Assembly (NCBI RefSeq): GCF_001949145.1
Contig: NW_019091361.1
Coordinates: 1,990,919-2,054,918, forward strand
Length of the DNA: 64,000 nucleotides
Direction of reading: 5' to 3'
From: Acanthaster planci
Taxonomy: Eukaryota
Position numbers and translations under genes: made by a program. The notes under the pieces are model-generated. The model was not told where the DNA came from. It did not search any database and worked only from the letters and a program-made list of their open reading frames with translations. Below are positions 13,801 to 26,900 of this stretch, piece after piece (within the stretch, counting starts at the first letter, position 1; each line of letters starts with the position of its first letter).

Positions 13801-16800
13801 TTGGTGCGCCATTATACATCAGCTGAATTCCTCAAGAAAAGGAGGAACCTGGTTCAAAACATTTTATCTGCCTCGAACAGAAGCACCCCTTCACTGTTTG
13901 AAAACAGCTGTGTCAGTTGGAAGTGTTCATTTTGTCGGTACCTGGTACACGCACTGATGCGACTGTGACGCGTGTATTTCCTAGTTATTTGTGAACTACA
14001 TGTGGCTAAGTCCAGTTCTGACCAAAGGAGTCTCCATTGCTAAGAAAATAGTGACCTCTACTGGTTGAGCTCGAGGCCCATAGAGGGAAATGAAAATCAG
14101 TGGTGGCACATGAGATCTTCTCTGCCCACTACCAGTACATGCTGTAAACATATACTCTCAATCTGTGTGTAAAGTAGTCACTGGCAGCACTCTTTTGGGT
14201 GTGGGGGGGGGACACTTTTTGCCGGTCCTATAATGAGGGACGTAATGGATTGGCATATTTATGGCTGTTGCCTGATGGTCTTACAATTACCCACCCCTTT
14301 GAAATTGTTCCCCGTTGCGGTTAAAAGCAGTATACAGGTTTGGTTTGATCCCAAATCTGGTATGCCTGTAATTAAAGGTTTGTTGAATGTAATACTAAGG
14401 TACATGTACAATGTGTGAGCAATAGATGCCATGCACTGTTTGGCATTTTTTCAGTTTCACTGGCAGAGCCTTATTGGATTCCTTCAAAGGTACCATGGAA
14501 GATAGTGCCAGATTAAACGTGAAACTATGCTACATATACATGGACGTGTTCACTTTTAAAAGTATCTCATGAGACCTTAAAAGCTACTTAAGTCACAATG
14601 GAATAACGAGAAAGCCTATTAAACAAATCACTGTCAAGGTCATAAACACAAGTTGGATCATTCACCATCCTTCACATTTCAATCACAGCATTTTGTTCAA
14701 AGTAATCTGGTCTGGAGACAGGGTGCCTTGCATCCATCAGTGCATGCAGGTTCATAAAGCTTTAGGCCTATTCTTGGTTCAATAAGGACTTCACAAAGGG
14801 CAGGACAACTTTTGTGCGTCTACACTGGTACCGTGCACGTAAACAATGGTCCTCGGAGCTGATGAAAACCTTGCACTACTCTAATTCGAGAATGTCACCC
14901 TTCTAGTGTACCTCAGTACATCAGTTCATGTACATGTAAGCTTATCCATGTTACCATGAATGAAAACATGGTTATACTGTAGATCAAATTTACAATATCT
15001 TTTACATGATCTCAAAATTACCGATATTGTCATAACCAATTTAAAATTACCTTACAGTCATACACTGTACATGTATGTACATACGCATACATCTTTTCAC
15101 TAGTAGTTTCAGAAGAAATTCATAATTTTCTGTGCTAGAATATTCTCTGAGATGACACTATAATCCTTAAAGCAGAGCGTCACGTGGAAAGGAAGACAAG
15201 GAAGGAAACTGCAATTATAACTTAAGGACGGCAAACCTCAAAAGACTTATTTACAAAATCCCCTCCCACTCGTTTTTCTCCAACTACATGCAAATACCCA
15301 GTTTGACAGATGGCAAAATACACATATACAATGTACATCGCAAGTTGTATAGGAGGATGATAAAATGAATCCGTCTCAAAAGCAAACAGCTGGTAAAGCT
15401 GAACATGTGAATAAGAACACACTGCTCTCTCTCTCTGCCACTTGGTCTCATCATCTTGCATCATTCCCTCCCCCCCCACGGTCTCCTCAGCCATCCACCC
15501 ACTTCCTCAAGTGACCATGTAACCCGTTGTGGGTTCTGACTCAGCCAGTGTCTGATACCCCAGGGACTGAAGTGCAAAAACAAAGCAGGAACTACAAGGC
15601 TTCGATATGATAAAGAGTCTAAGGTACTTGTACATTGTACACATGTAGAAATACATGTACATGTACAATGCGCTCAATCATGTACATGTACTGCACAGGT
15701 TTGCATTAACCATATCAGTACATGCAAGAGCTGACAACCTTTAATTCAGCTTTTCAGCATTCTGAAGGCCAAAATCAGTATTCTCCTGAAGAAATCAGTA
15801 ATTTTCTGCACAACGCTGTCAGAATGTGCTATTTTACTCCTCACCAGAACTCTTCGGAGATGACAATGCTGAAGCTTTTTTTACAATCAGCTGTATTACA
15901 GAATCCAACGGCCAAGGAACCGGTACTAGTACAAACGGCCGGTACACACCACACAGTGCTAGTGAATTACCACGTTCACCCTGTACACATTAGGCTGGGC
16001 TGCAGTGCACAGTACATTGCCAGATAACTGTAGACATCAGGGCATCAGACTATCCTTACAAGTAGCTTTGTGATAACGGTAGATGGCCCACGAAAATTTG
16101 AGTCTGTGAAATCCTGATTCCTTATGATTACAGTGCATGTGATCAGTTTCAGTCGGGATCAAATCACATACCGGTAGTGCCCACTGGCCGGTATGCCATA
16201 TCGGTAGCAAGCCTTTCAATATTGTGTATAATAATATGCCATGATTGGATTTTCCCAAATCCATATTTTCAAACGCAAATCCGCCTTTCCATATTCCTGT
16301 TTGATTTCCGAAAGAAATATGGAAAATCTGCACTAGTTGGCAGGAACAGAGCCTAGCAGGTATTGGTCACTCTAGTTTGGAATTTCTTTCCCTGTTTCAC
16401 ATTTCCATAAGTTTACCCAAAGTGTGCATACAATGTACACATGTACATGCATATTTGACAAAGAATAATAAACGTCGCTACCAGCAACACGACACCGCGA
16501 GTCATCGATTATCTCTTTACTGTAAAGAAAAATTCCTTGCAGTTATGTACTGTACATGCATTATATTCCCAAAAGAATGTAACACTGCTATTATCAACTG
16601 CTGTAGGTCTTCTGAAAAGCGGAGACACTTTTTAAATTGTGGAAAGCTTTGCTAAGGGATTTGCAGATAAGAGGAATTGTATGAAAGAGTACTAAATTAA
16701 CATGTGACTTCGGTTTTTCAAAATATCTATCACATACATGTACATGTATGTATTTCATCACATTAGCATCGTTTCCAGAGAAACAAGTTTCAAATGGAAA

Positions 16801-17754
16801 CCCCTTCCCCGGTGGTTGCCATGACAAATCTGATTCATCATCATCATCCCCTTCCTTTCTCCCCACTCCATCTTCCAATTTCCTGAGCAGCATTATTACT
16901 CCGGTAAAAGAAACTATTTAAATGGCATTTACCGACAGAAAAACGTAACCCTTGCAGGTTGAGCAACGCAGTGGTCAACCTATATCCCAGCTCATGACAA
17001 CGTGACTACAGGGAGTTATTCAAGGCAGGATCAGGTGCCGATTTCCTATATTCCCTCTCAATTGCATGTTCAATTATCCCAAGCCAGTCTGAAATGGTTT
17101 CCACTCTTCCAGTATTGTGAATACAAGCCTGACCAACCATCTCATTCCCTTTCTGTTCAAAAGAGCCGTCTGTGTGATACAACTTTTTTACATGAGAATA
17201 TAATGCAAGCGTTGCATGTAATTTCAAGGCAAGTCACAGAAATAAAGCACTTCAACTGGCCAACTGTTAAATTCATGGTTGATTCTTTTTAAAAAAAAAA
17301 AAAAAAGGTTACTGACTGCTGTGCTGTTATTCAAACATCTAAGGCATATAAATTAATTTTAGCTGCGAGGCTGATGCGTAACCATTGACATGCCTAATAC
17401 ACATGAACCGACCCTATTTTGTACAATGCACGTAAAGTTGTATGATACCTTGTGGGCAGGTTGCTTCTAAAATTGCAAGTTTCATGTACATGTATTTAAG
17501 TTCAACTCTTCAGTCACATCTTTTGTTTCCCTTGTCTTTTGTTGAGCTGAACAGTCCAATGTCATTAGAACCTACATGTGTGGAATATCCCATTCTTGTC
17601 AATGGAAGTACAGCCACTCTCCTATGTTTTGCAAACAAGTTGGACAAATGCCCCTCAAGAGGCTGCCTCGCACAAAGTGTACATGTAATATGGCAGACAT
17701 GTTATTGGCGGGAGATGTTCAATGTGTCAGTCACAAGTGTCCTAAAATACTCAC

Positions 17755-17803
17755 CACATGTCTGTTGCTAAGGTCAGCGGCTCATAGTTGACAACTTCCG
17801 GAG
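17755..17803 (-). CDS. DAPK1: DAPK coding exon 5 (APEVVNYEPLTLATDMW)
   Basis: Acceptor ATCACAG|CT, donor TG|GTGAGT; 49 nt; read directly from sequence. Confidence 0.93.
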
Positions 17804-18670
17804 CTGTGATTATGAGAAAATCACAAATTAGGAATGAATAATCCTACACAGAAAGCTGATTGTAACGGAATCACACCCACTGTGGAAACATGTGTCATGC
17901 ATGTGTCTGCATGTACACAGCAAACTCTTGCATTTTCTTCCATTATTGATATCCCAATGCACCTGTTTCGATTCTTGCAGTCATGACAGGCCTGACTTTT
18001 ACCATGCTTAAGCCCCTAAAATTCTGTCTTTACTTTAAATGCCCATTTTTTCTACTTTCCCTGACCTTCTTGTACACTTTCCTGAAGCACGTTGCTCTCT
18101 GGTAATCCTACATGTATACATACATGTATTAGTATGTAAAACTCTTCCATAACCAATGGATCTTCTTTGAAACAATACATGATGTACAAAGTTTATTGCT
18201 GTCTTTGCATTTTTTTTTAGTTTTGATAGTTTTTGATGGTCTTCTGATATCTTGAAACCATCGCACCTGTATGGAAAGTACATACATGTACATTAAAGTA
18301 AAGCTCCGAGTCTATGATACCTGGCATGTGTTCTTTCCCTATCATCTTCAGTTTTACTGTAACCATCTCCCCACTACCAAAATTATTGCAGATTGGTCCC
18401 ATGCTGTCAACATATCCATGTACCTCCACATTTTATTCTTGGCATTTTACAGAATCAGTCTGGGTAAGGTGATCCATGTACAGCTGGAATTCATCCATTT
18501 CCAAGTGATTGAAAAGTAAAACTGCAGGTGCACCAGAATCCCAAAACAAAATATCCATTAAGGAGAAGCAAAGAACTACGTGAGGTGCATGTAGCAAGCA
18601 GCGTCAACATAAATACTTTAACACATGTGATCTCTTTTCTGCGCAGCACACTGTAAGTTTCTATGCTTAC

Positions 18671-18794
18671 CAATGAATTCTGGTGTTCCAACCATCTCCC
18701 TAATGTCTTTGCCATTGGCCAGCTTCCTGGACAGGCCAAAGTCGATCAGCTTGACCTCATGACTGTTCATGTTCAGTAACATGATGTTCTCCGG
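18671..18794 (-). CDS. DAPK1: DAPK coding exon 4 (PENIML...IDFG...GTPEFI)
   Basis: Acceptor TTTTACAG|CCG, donor G|GTAAGC. Confidence 0.95.
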
Positions 18795-20903
18795 CTGTAA
18801 AAGGATGGTGTCACAGGGAAGAAACGTTGATCTTTGTTCCCCGTCATATAATACCAGATATGAAATGTCCACATCAATGTTAACATGCCCGAAGACATCT
18901 TGAAACGTGTCACACAAATCAAATTCCCTCTCCTGTCCGATTACTCAAGAGGACACCAAGTAACACGGTTTAAACATAACACTTTGGTTTATTTTGTATC
19001 AACCAGTGTCACTAATCAAAACTGATTCAATGTAGTTGGACATGTTGAAAATTACATGTACTGTACCGGTCCATGTACTATAATGAACTTCTGTACAGCC
19101 CACCTAAGACCAGTAAATAATACTGCAAAATAATATTTAGAAAAAATAATTTCCTTGATTTTAATGGAGCATCTTTAAGTAGTACAAGTAATAACTTTTT
19201 ATCACACAATTAACATCAGTCTACTGAATTACATGTACTGTAGGGACGAGTACTGTACAGTACAATGAAAAAGAGATTTCTGACATGTATCCTCAAATTA
19301 ATTTCCATACTGGCAGATCATTTAGGCATACCCTACCAGCAGGGCAGTAATGATCAGTAAACTTCCGTGCATGTCCTTCAGGTCAGCTCATATTAAACTG
19401 ATGCACACTAATCCCTTTAAGGCTTGATTCAATTTCCATGCCTCCAAATGTACCATCACAAGACTGGACATCACAATTGAGGGGGCGGTCAGTGGCACTG
19501 TAACTGTTAACAGGCATTTCCTTGTCACGCGTCGTCGCACCAAATGTCACATCATGATGACTATGAACCTGCTAGGTTGGGTGGTCCACAAGTGTGGCCA
19601 TACATGTACAGTGGATCCTTGAGAAGTGGATCTTGTCTGGAATACTGTCCCATAGCAAGTAAAAGACTTCCCAAAAGGAAATTGCAAGTGACATTTCTTC
19701 AGACAGGTAGACAGTGGACTAGCACTTGTCTTTGCCACCTTGCAATTATCTGCTCCATACAGGAACAAGAGGGGGTGTGTTTTGTAATGGTAGAATGATG
19801 CCCTTTAGTGGAAATACACAAAATAGACATACATGTACATACATGTACACACGTTCATGGAATTTTATGAGGCCAGTGCTGAGTATGCGCGACCAATTTC
19901 TGAACTGAGATGTAGTGTACATACACGGTCTCTGAGTGTGTGCTGCGCATCCAATTCAAATTTTTCCCGCCAGCCTGTCTCTTGATCTTTGCTAGTGAAG
20001 TCGTGCACACTCTCAAGCATAAGGAGGCAGACAATATGCAAATATGAAAATTTCTCTTCTGGTCAAAATGTTCTGAATACTGAATCTAAATCGTGCAAAC
20101 ATAGTGCATACAGTGTATTGACAACCGGTTCTTGATCTTTTAGATTTATTTACAAGCAAATGTGTGTTTCAGAGGGTGTGCATGTACAGTACAAGCCAAA
20201 GTTACATGTATTTTGAACTGCATACATACAGCTGTATACCATGCTATCCCAACAAGTACAATGTACATGTACATGTACCGTACATACAGTATACACGTAC
20301 ATGTACATGTAGGTGTACCGGTATACTACTTTAACCAACATTCCAGTGAAAAGCATCCCTCCCCACTCACTTCACATCACTGAAAACATTACATGTAAGT
20401 TGAGGGGGTTCCAAAGAAAAGTTTTTATATTTCGTACATGTACTTGGCTTTGCTTACGCTCACAGACAACAGGTATTCATGGATTTGCATGTACATGTAC
20501 ATGTACGTGCTTCAGATCATTTGGCTATCTGTTGATTCCCATCAATATTGATTTTCTGAGGGAGTTGTAGCACCGCTCAGCTGTTGCACTGTAGTGATGA
20601 TGTCATAATTTGCACACAGGTCTGACAGTACAAATTAATTAAAGCCATGCCGATGCAGTGTAGCAAAGCTAAGGTGTGGCCCCATTTCACAGAATTTGTT
20701 ACCGTTGTTGTGCACAAGTTAAAATTTCTCTATCAACAAAGTGACACTTGAGTGGACAAACCAGTGCATACATGTACATTCAAACTGCAACAGATTTAGA
20801 CAGAGATTACTCATTTTTAACTCCTCTCGAAAAATAACAGTGAAACTGTTAAGTTTTATTATAAATAAGTTTAAATAAGTTTTATTTGATCTGTTTTGAT
20901 TTA

Positions 20904-21150
20904 TGAGTAATTCCAGAAATTAGGGGTCCATTTTTCCTTGTCCCTGTCACATCTGACATATGATTTTGTAAGTTCAGAACACATTTTCTAATTTCCAAGA
21001 GAGATGAATTAATGCAAAGTATCTGCCAGACAAATAGTAATAGTTTGAAATCAATTCCGGTGATATTTCCATGTTAAATAACAAAGATCGGATGTAACAG
21101 GGACACAAAAATGCCACACTTTTCGACCCCTAATTTCTGGAATTACCTCA
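20904..21150. mobile_element. About 247-bp TA-flanked MITE (Tc1/mariner-like), copy 1
   Basis: TIR GTAATTCCAGAAATTAGGGGTC / GACCCCTAATTTCTGGAATTAC, TA on both sides; homologous to copies at 23745 and 30394. Confidence 0.85.
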
Positions 21151-21552
21151 TATGTATTTCTGCTTGTGGCGAATTTGCTGTACATGGACAGCACGATTTT
21201 TATGCAGATTGAAAAATGATGGCATCCAATATCACCATCTGTTGTTGGATGGGGGCCCAATTAGTTGCGGGGATGGGGTACATGTACATCGCTATGGAGA
21301 GATCTCACTGAAGTTTGTCTTCCTTCAGCTATTGTTTCTGAAGGTGTGCCGGTGCTCAGTTAAAAGCAAATAGAGGGTTGCACTGTGGGTAATGTAAAAA
21401 CATACATGTAACTTGTGGACTTATCAACTGTCTGTACCATGTGCCGGTAAGCCCCTGTGACATGCCAGAGCTTGGAAATAAGATAGGATGAGGATTTGTG
21501 GGTACACGTAGGCACAATGTATGTCAGCTGGTGGGGGAGGGAAATAGTGTAC

Positions 21553-21691
21553 CTTCAAGTCTAGATGGCAGATCTGTCTATCATGCATGTGTTTGAGTCC
21601 ATCCAGGATCTGTTTGGTAAACTTGGCTGCCACTTCCTCACTGACGTGGTCCTTCTCTGCCAGATAGTGGAACAACTCTCCACCTGTCACT
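21553..21691 (-). CDS. DAPK1: DAPK coding exon 3 (VTGGELF...HLDLK)
   Basis: Acceptor TCTCTGTGCAG|A, donor AAG|GTACAC; kinase subdomains V-VIb. Confidence 0.95.
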
Positions 21692-22319
21692 CTGCACAGA
21701 GAAAAAAAAATAGGTTCAGTAAAATACCCAAATCAAGACCAAGGACGTGCCCTGAGGTTTCTGAGACTAAAAACTGCAGTGGACTTATGATTTTTACAAC
21801 AAAATACCAGTACATGTACATAGTATACTTGTACTTGATGTACACATGTATTTTGGATCATATATCTAAATCAAAAGGTACCAGCACCGACTGGTATAGA
21901 GCACTGTAAAACTTGAACCTAAAGCAGTTAAAAGAGATGGTCTTATTCACCAGAGGGCCTTCCTTGAGGGCTTCATGGGTAGACAGTTCATGTACACAAA
22001 GACCCCAACATGCATAAATTTGGACTTTTGTAAACTTCACAATATCAGGTTGGTGAGTGGGGGCCCCAAAGTGGTCAAGGTTGGAATGGTTCCCCACTGG
22101 GTTTCTCCATGTGAAACCATTTTGTTTCCTTTTCACAGGCTTTGGTGGTTTCTCCACGGTTCTAGAAACGATCTGAAAGGAACTTTAGAGGGATTATTGG
22201 TTTTAGTAACAGAAATAGATGGCGTGATACACCTGCTTTTGACAATTTTTTCCAGTCAGTTTGATATTGCTATACAACATACACATGTATTGAACACGTA
22301 CATGTACATGTACATGTCT

Positions 22320-22718
22320 ATAATAATAAGAATAGCTGATTCTTACATAGCACACATACTGGCATCTATCACAACTGATGATCAGGGTGCTGTATTATCA
22401 TTATCCCTGCACATTATCCCTGCACATTATCCATGCACATTGGGCTCACAACTGAACATTCCTGAAACCATCTCAGATTCCTGAAACCATCTCAGCTCCC
22501 TGAGGAGCATACATGTACATGAACTAGCTGATGCTGCCCTATCAGGCGCACACGGCTAACAACCAAATCTGCCCTCACAGGTAGACCCATTCACTCCTGG
22601 GTGGAGAGAGGCACATAAGAGTAAAGTGACTTGCCCAGGATCACAACATACTGCCACCAGCTGGATTCGAACCCCCGACCCAATGATCAGAAGCTACAAA
22701 CCTTAACCACTAGGCCAC
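22320..22718 (-). mobile_element. tRNA-derived SINE with CORE-like segment
   Basis: Minus strand: A box TGGCCTAGTGG, B box GGTTCGAATCC, CORE-like CCTGGGCAAGTCACTTTACTCT, TTA-repeat tail. Confidence 0.8.
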
Positions 22719-23744
22719 ATATATATTCAAGTGCTAGACTGATATACATGTACCTGTACATTGATGTACGGTAAGGGCATGTACATACAACTGTACGTAC
22801 TGTATGTACATGTGCATGTACATGTACAATGTATGTGTGCATACGCGTATGCTATTATAAACTGTACACTGAAACACCTGTGTAATGTGAATTGTTACCC
22901 AGAAGTTCTGAGTACCAGGATGCATGCATACCAGTACATGTACAGGAAGGACTGGTACATGTACTTGTTGGGACACATGTACGATTGTAAGTTCTACACT
23001 TACACGTACAGTACACGTGTGCCTGTGTGAGTCTGAATGATAATCCACAGCTGTACCAGAAGAGTGCTTTGACATCGTATTGTCAAATGAAATGGGTTAG
23101 ACAAATACAACCTATGTGCATATGAAATAAATTCAACAAGCACGCGATGACATGTGCACTATTTATAAATTACCCATTACACAGAGCTGTACATGTACCA
23201 GTTCACATGTGATACACCCCTACATGTACATGTACATGTACATGCTGTATACTTGGGTCAGTACATGGAGGAAGAAGCCCTCTGCAGTCGTTACTATGAA
23301 CTGATTGAGCTCATTGAGGAAGGTTATATGAGTACATGTAAGTAGTATCACCCCTGTAGTTGTAAAGTCCCTTCAGAATGCAAAGTTCCGCATGGCCGCG
23401 AAAGGGAAATGCACTTTTATGAATTCAACACGAAAAAGTGAAAAAAAAAAAAAGTGGTCATGAATGGCTGGCTGCCCCTTGCAGGAAATGTGTTTCAGAA
23501 GAATGCATCTTTTCATGGGAATTGTCAGTTTGTACTTGATATATATACTAGGAATATCCTAGCTGTACGGAATAACCTTACCAGGTACCATTATCCAATT
23601 TTATGAGTATTGTACTCTTTCAAAAGGCCAAATTTCAAACACAGCTGTACATTTCTGCTACGGTACTGCATGCACATCACAACATTCATCTGAGCTGCAG
23701 GTGAAAACTAACAAAAACTACATGTAGCTTTCCAATGTACAGTA

Positions 23745-23995
23745 GCTGGGCCATTCTATAAATTAGGGGTCCTATTTTTTTGGTGTCCCTGTCAGTCCTA
23801 ACAATGAGTTCGTAAGTTCAGAACACACTGTCTGATTTCCAAGAGTGATGAATTAATGCAGATTACCAGTCAAATTAATAGAAATAGCTTGAAATCAGTT
23901 TCATTGATACTTTAATGTTAAATTACAAAGGTCAGGTGTAATAGGGACACAAAAGTGTCACACTTTTGGACCCTGAATTTATAGAATGACCGGGC
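23745..23995. mobile_element. Same MITE family, divergent copy 2
   Basis: Internal sequence aligns with copies 1 and 3; variant TIR CATTCTATAAATT / AATTTATAGAATG. Confidence 0.8.
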
Positions 23996-26900
23996 TATGA
24001 CTGATCCCTTTACTTGTAATGCAGGAAGGCCTGGTCGGCATGCATAACATTGAGTAATGCCTACACTGTGCATGTATCAGGTATCAGTATTGTGAACACA
24101 AAACTCTGTCGGGATTGAATACTGATTGAATGCTTGGTTCAACATCATGACTCCCCTTATTCTAAGATCAATTTTAATTGAATTATTTTGGACTGGAGTC
24201 ATCATGCCACTACGCCGATAAAGTTCAATTAATATGCTGTTAATCAAATCTCTGTTCTTGGGCCATGTCCTACAGTAATTACTTGGTTGCAGCCTGCAAT
24301 TCACATCTGTGGGAAACAGCTGCAGCCTCTGCATGTGTGGGGCGTTCACTTCTCGTGGTAGCTTCCAGCAGCATGTCTTATTTTTAGCCGCAGCTTGCCA
24401 AGTAATTCGGATACCGGTTTATGGGAGAAGTACTTGTATGAGACCATGTACATATCAGTAACTTACACGATGCAAAAAATGTCCAATAAGCCAGTCCGGC
24501 ATTCCAACAGCACATGCCCAGTAAAAGGCTATTCGCGAACAGTTATGCGTGCACTTGACAGTCTGTCCTATCAGCGCAGCTATACACTGACTCACATGTG
24601 CTCTTTGTTTCAAAAAGACCATGCCTGTTTGAAATAGCCAAAGTTCTTTTTGTTTGGGCACTTGTACCAGTGCCGTCTGCTACTTTTTATGTACATGTAG
24701 GGTTCCATTTGGCAAATTTAAATAGTAGCTGTAAGTTAAAACTGTGTGGAGTTCATAACTCTTTGCCCATACATGTACATGTATACAGAGTACCAAGTAC
24801 ACTATCAGTATATCACCAGCACAATTATAAGTGCATGGCATTAGCACGAGAACCAGCTCGCGGATGTGTTGCATTCGTTTGCACTACGCTTCTTGGTTGC
24901 ACACTCTACATAATGGTGCATGTACATTTATAATGTCTCACACCTTAAATTTAGAGAAATGCGCACCATGAACATACTGTACATGTACATGTATATATTC
25001 ATGTCAAGTGCTAGCAGTCAATTGATACACGTACATGTATGAGTTGTGCGAGTTGTCCCTTTAAGGATTACAAGTGTATCCAAGGGATTGATGCATTTGT
25101 CATGCACTAGCACAGTCATTTTTCATCACCACAAGGCTTGTGATCAGACAGACGCCAGACGACCACTGATGCATGCTAAGCCATGCAAACTTCAGTGATA
25201 CAATTACAGATTCATTAGTATACAGCTCACTCTCCTAGCCTGGGACCACACATTTGATCCCCTGTAACTTGCCAAAAGAAAATCTCGTTAGTTGAAGGAC
25301 CCTTCGCAACAAATTTGCACTCGCAAGATGATTCATACCAGTGTGTGGATTCTGAATGGGTGGGTTGGTCTTTGACACATTGAGGGGATCGTTTCTTTTG
25401 TAAGGAATATCAAAAATGAGTTGTCAAGACAAAAATTTGCCTCCATAATATTTTTGGTCCATTTGATATGTTTCAACATACAGGTGTGTACATGTACTGT
25501 CAATAGAACAGGTACGGATATGGGTGCAAAGTACGTAAATTGCTCCCAATGAGGAACATGGCATCTGCACAGGTACTAGGTCTTCACAGTGAGATGTTGA
25601 ACCGTCACTCCATGGTACATGTACACTGTACACATGTAAATAAAAATGTAAAGTTCTGTTCACAAAGTACCAGGACAATGTACAAAGTCTTCAGAAAAGT
25701 TTAATAAAAGCTTTTAAGGAACAAATCATATGTTCATATGAAGTATTGTTCTTTGAATATCAACGCTACTGCTTCAAAACACTGTGTACCGTAGATGTAT
25801 TGTATGGCAGTTTCACGGGCACCATAAAGTACTGACATGGTTTGTTACCAGTATGCCCTGAGTATAGCCTATGGCAACATATGTAACTACAAGTACAATG
25901 TAACTGTATGATTTACTGGTATATGAGACCATACATAAGCATAGTACATGTGTAAAGACGTACATGTACTATGCTTAAAGAGGTAGGGAAAAGGCTTCAA
26001 ATATTGCAACATCTACATGTACCGGTATGGTTTTGGAGGTTGATTGGCTACCCAGAAAGCAGAATTTGTCTTCCAAAAATCAACTTGAGAGAAATAAGAG
26101 GCACTTTCTGTCCACAACCAACTGGGCCGATTTCAGGAACACATGCGGTCAAATTTTGTGTTAGTGCTGGGTTGATGACGTAATGGGGAGAAAGGCACAA
26201 CAGGCATGCATGAAGCATCATGAAGGTGCTTGTTTGCCGAGTTTACAATTTTCAATGTTTTCAAGATGTATTTTCAAGATGTATTTTCAATGTGTCGAAG
26301 AAACAGAGATAAACCTGTGTCAGATTCTTCTCGTGAACGTGAGTGGATTAATTCCTACGAAAATAACTATAATTTACTCGACGATGAATGAGGAGGATGG
26401 CACGGAGCCTGCCGGTGTAGTGGGGCTGCTGTGGTAGTCCCAAAAACAAACCTGGTGGCGGTCCAGCAGCACATCAGCACCGTACACCAGCAGCTGCAAC
26501 ACAGCACAAGCAGTTGGCAAGGCTTATGCGGCACTCTTCTAAATACGAAGTTCTAAATTAGAAGTGCTTTTGCAGACACTGAATATTTGTTTGAAGCAGT
26601 CCTTCAAAAATCCTTGGCATATTACTGGTAGTTATCTGCGCCAACCAGGAGGGTTTAAAATCTACCGTTAACACACGTTCACCATATCTACATGTACATG
26701 TACATGTAGGTAGCGGTGTGGGTTTGTATATACATGTACATGGGTGGTCGTCATTTGGTAGGATGGCTCTGTAGAGGCGCTGGTCACCTGTTCCATCTTG
26801 CCATTCCCAGGTTATTTTTAAAACATATTCTGTTTTTATAGCTGTCATGTCTGTTGTTGTGCCATGTTAATCATAGTCAATTGTTTGATGTACATGTACA

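Noticed and set aside
22640..22718. tRNA gene
   Set aside because: A and B boxes are present but followed by a CORE-like body and tail; no intact cloverleaf, so a SINE head
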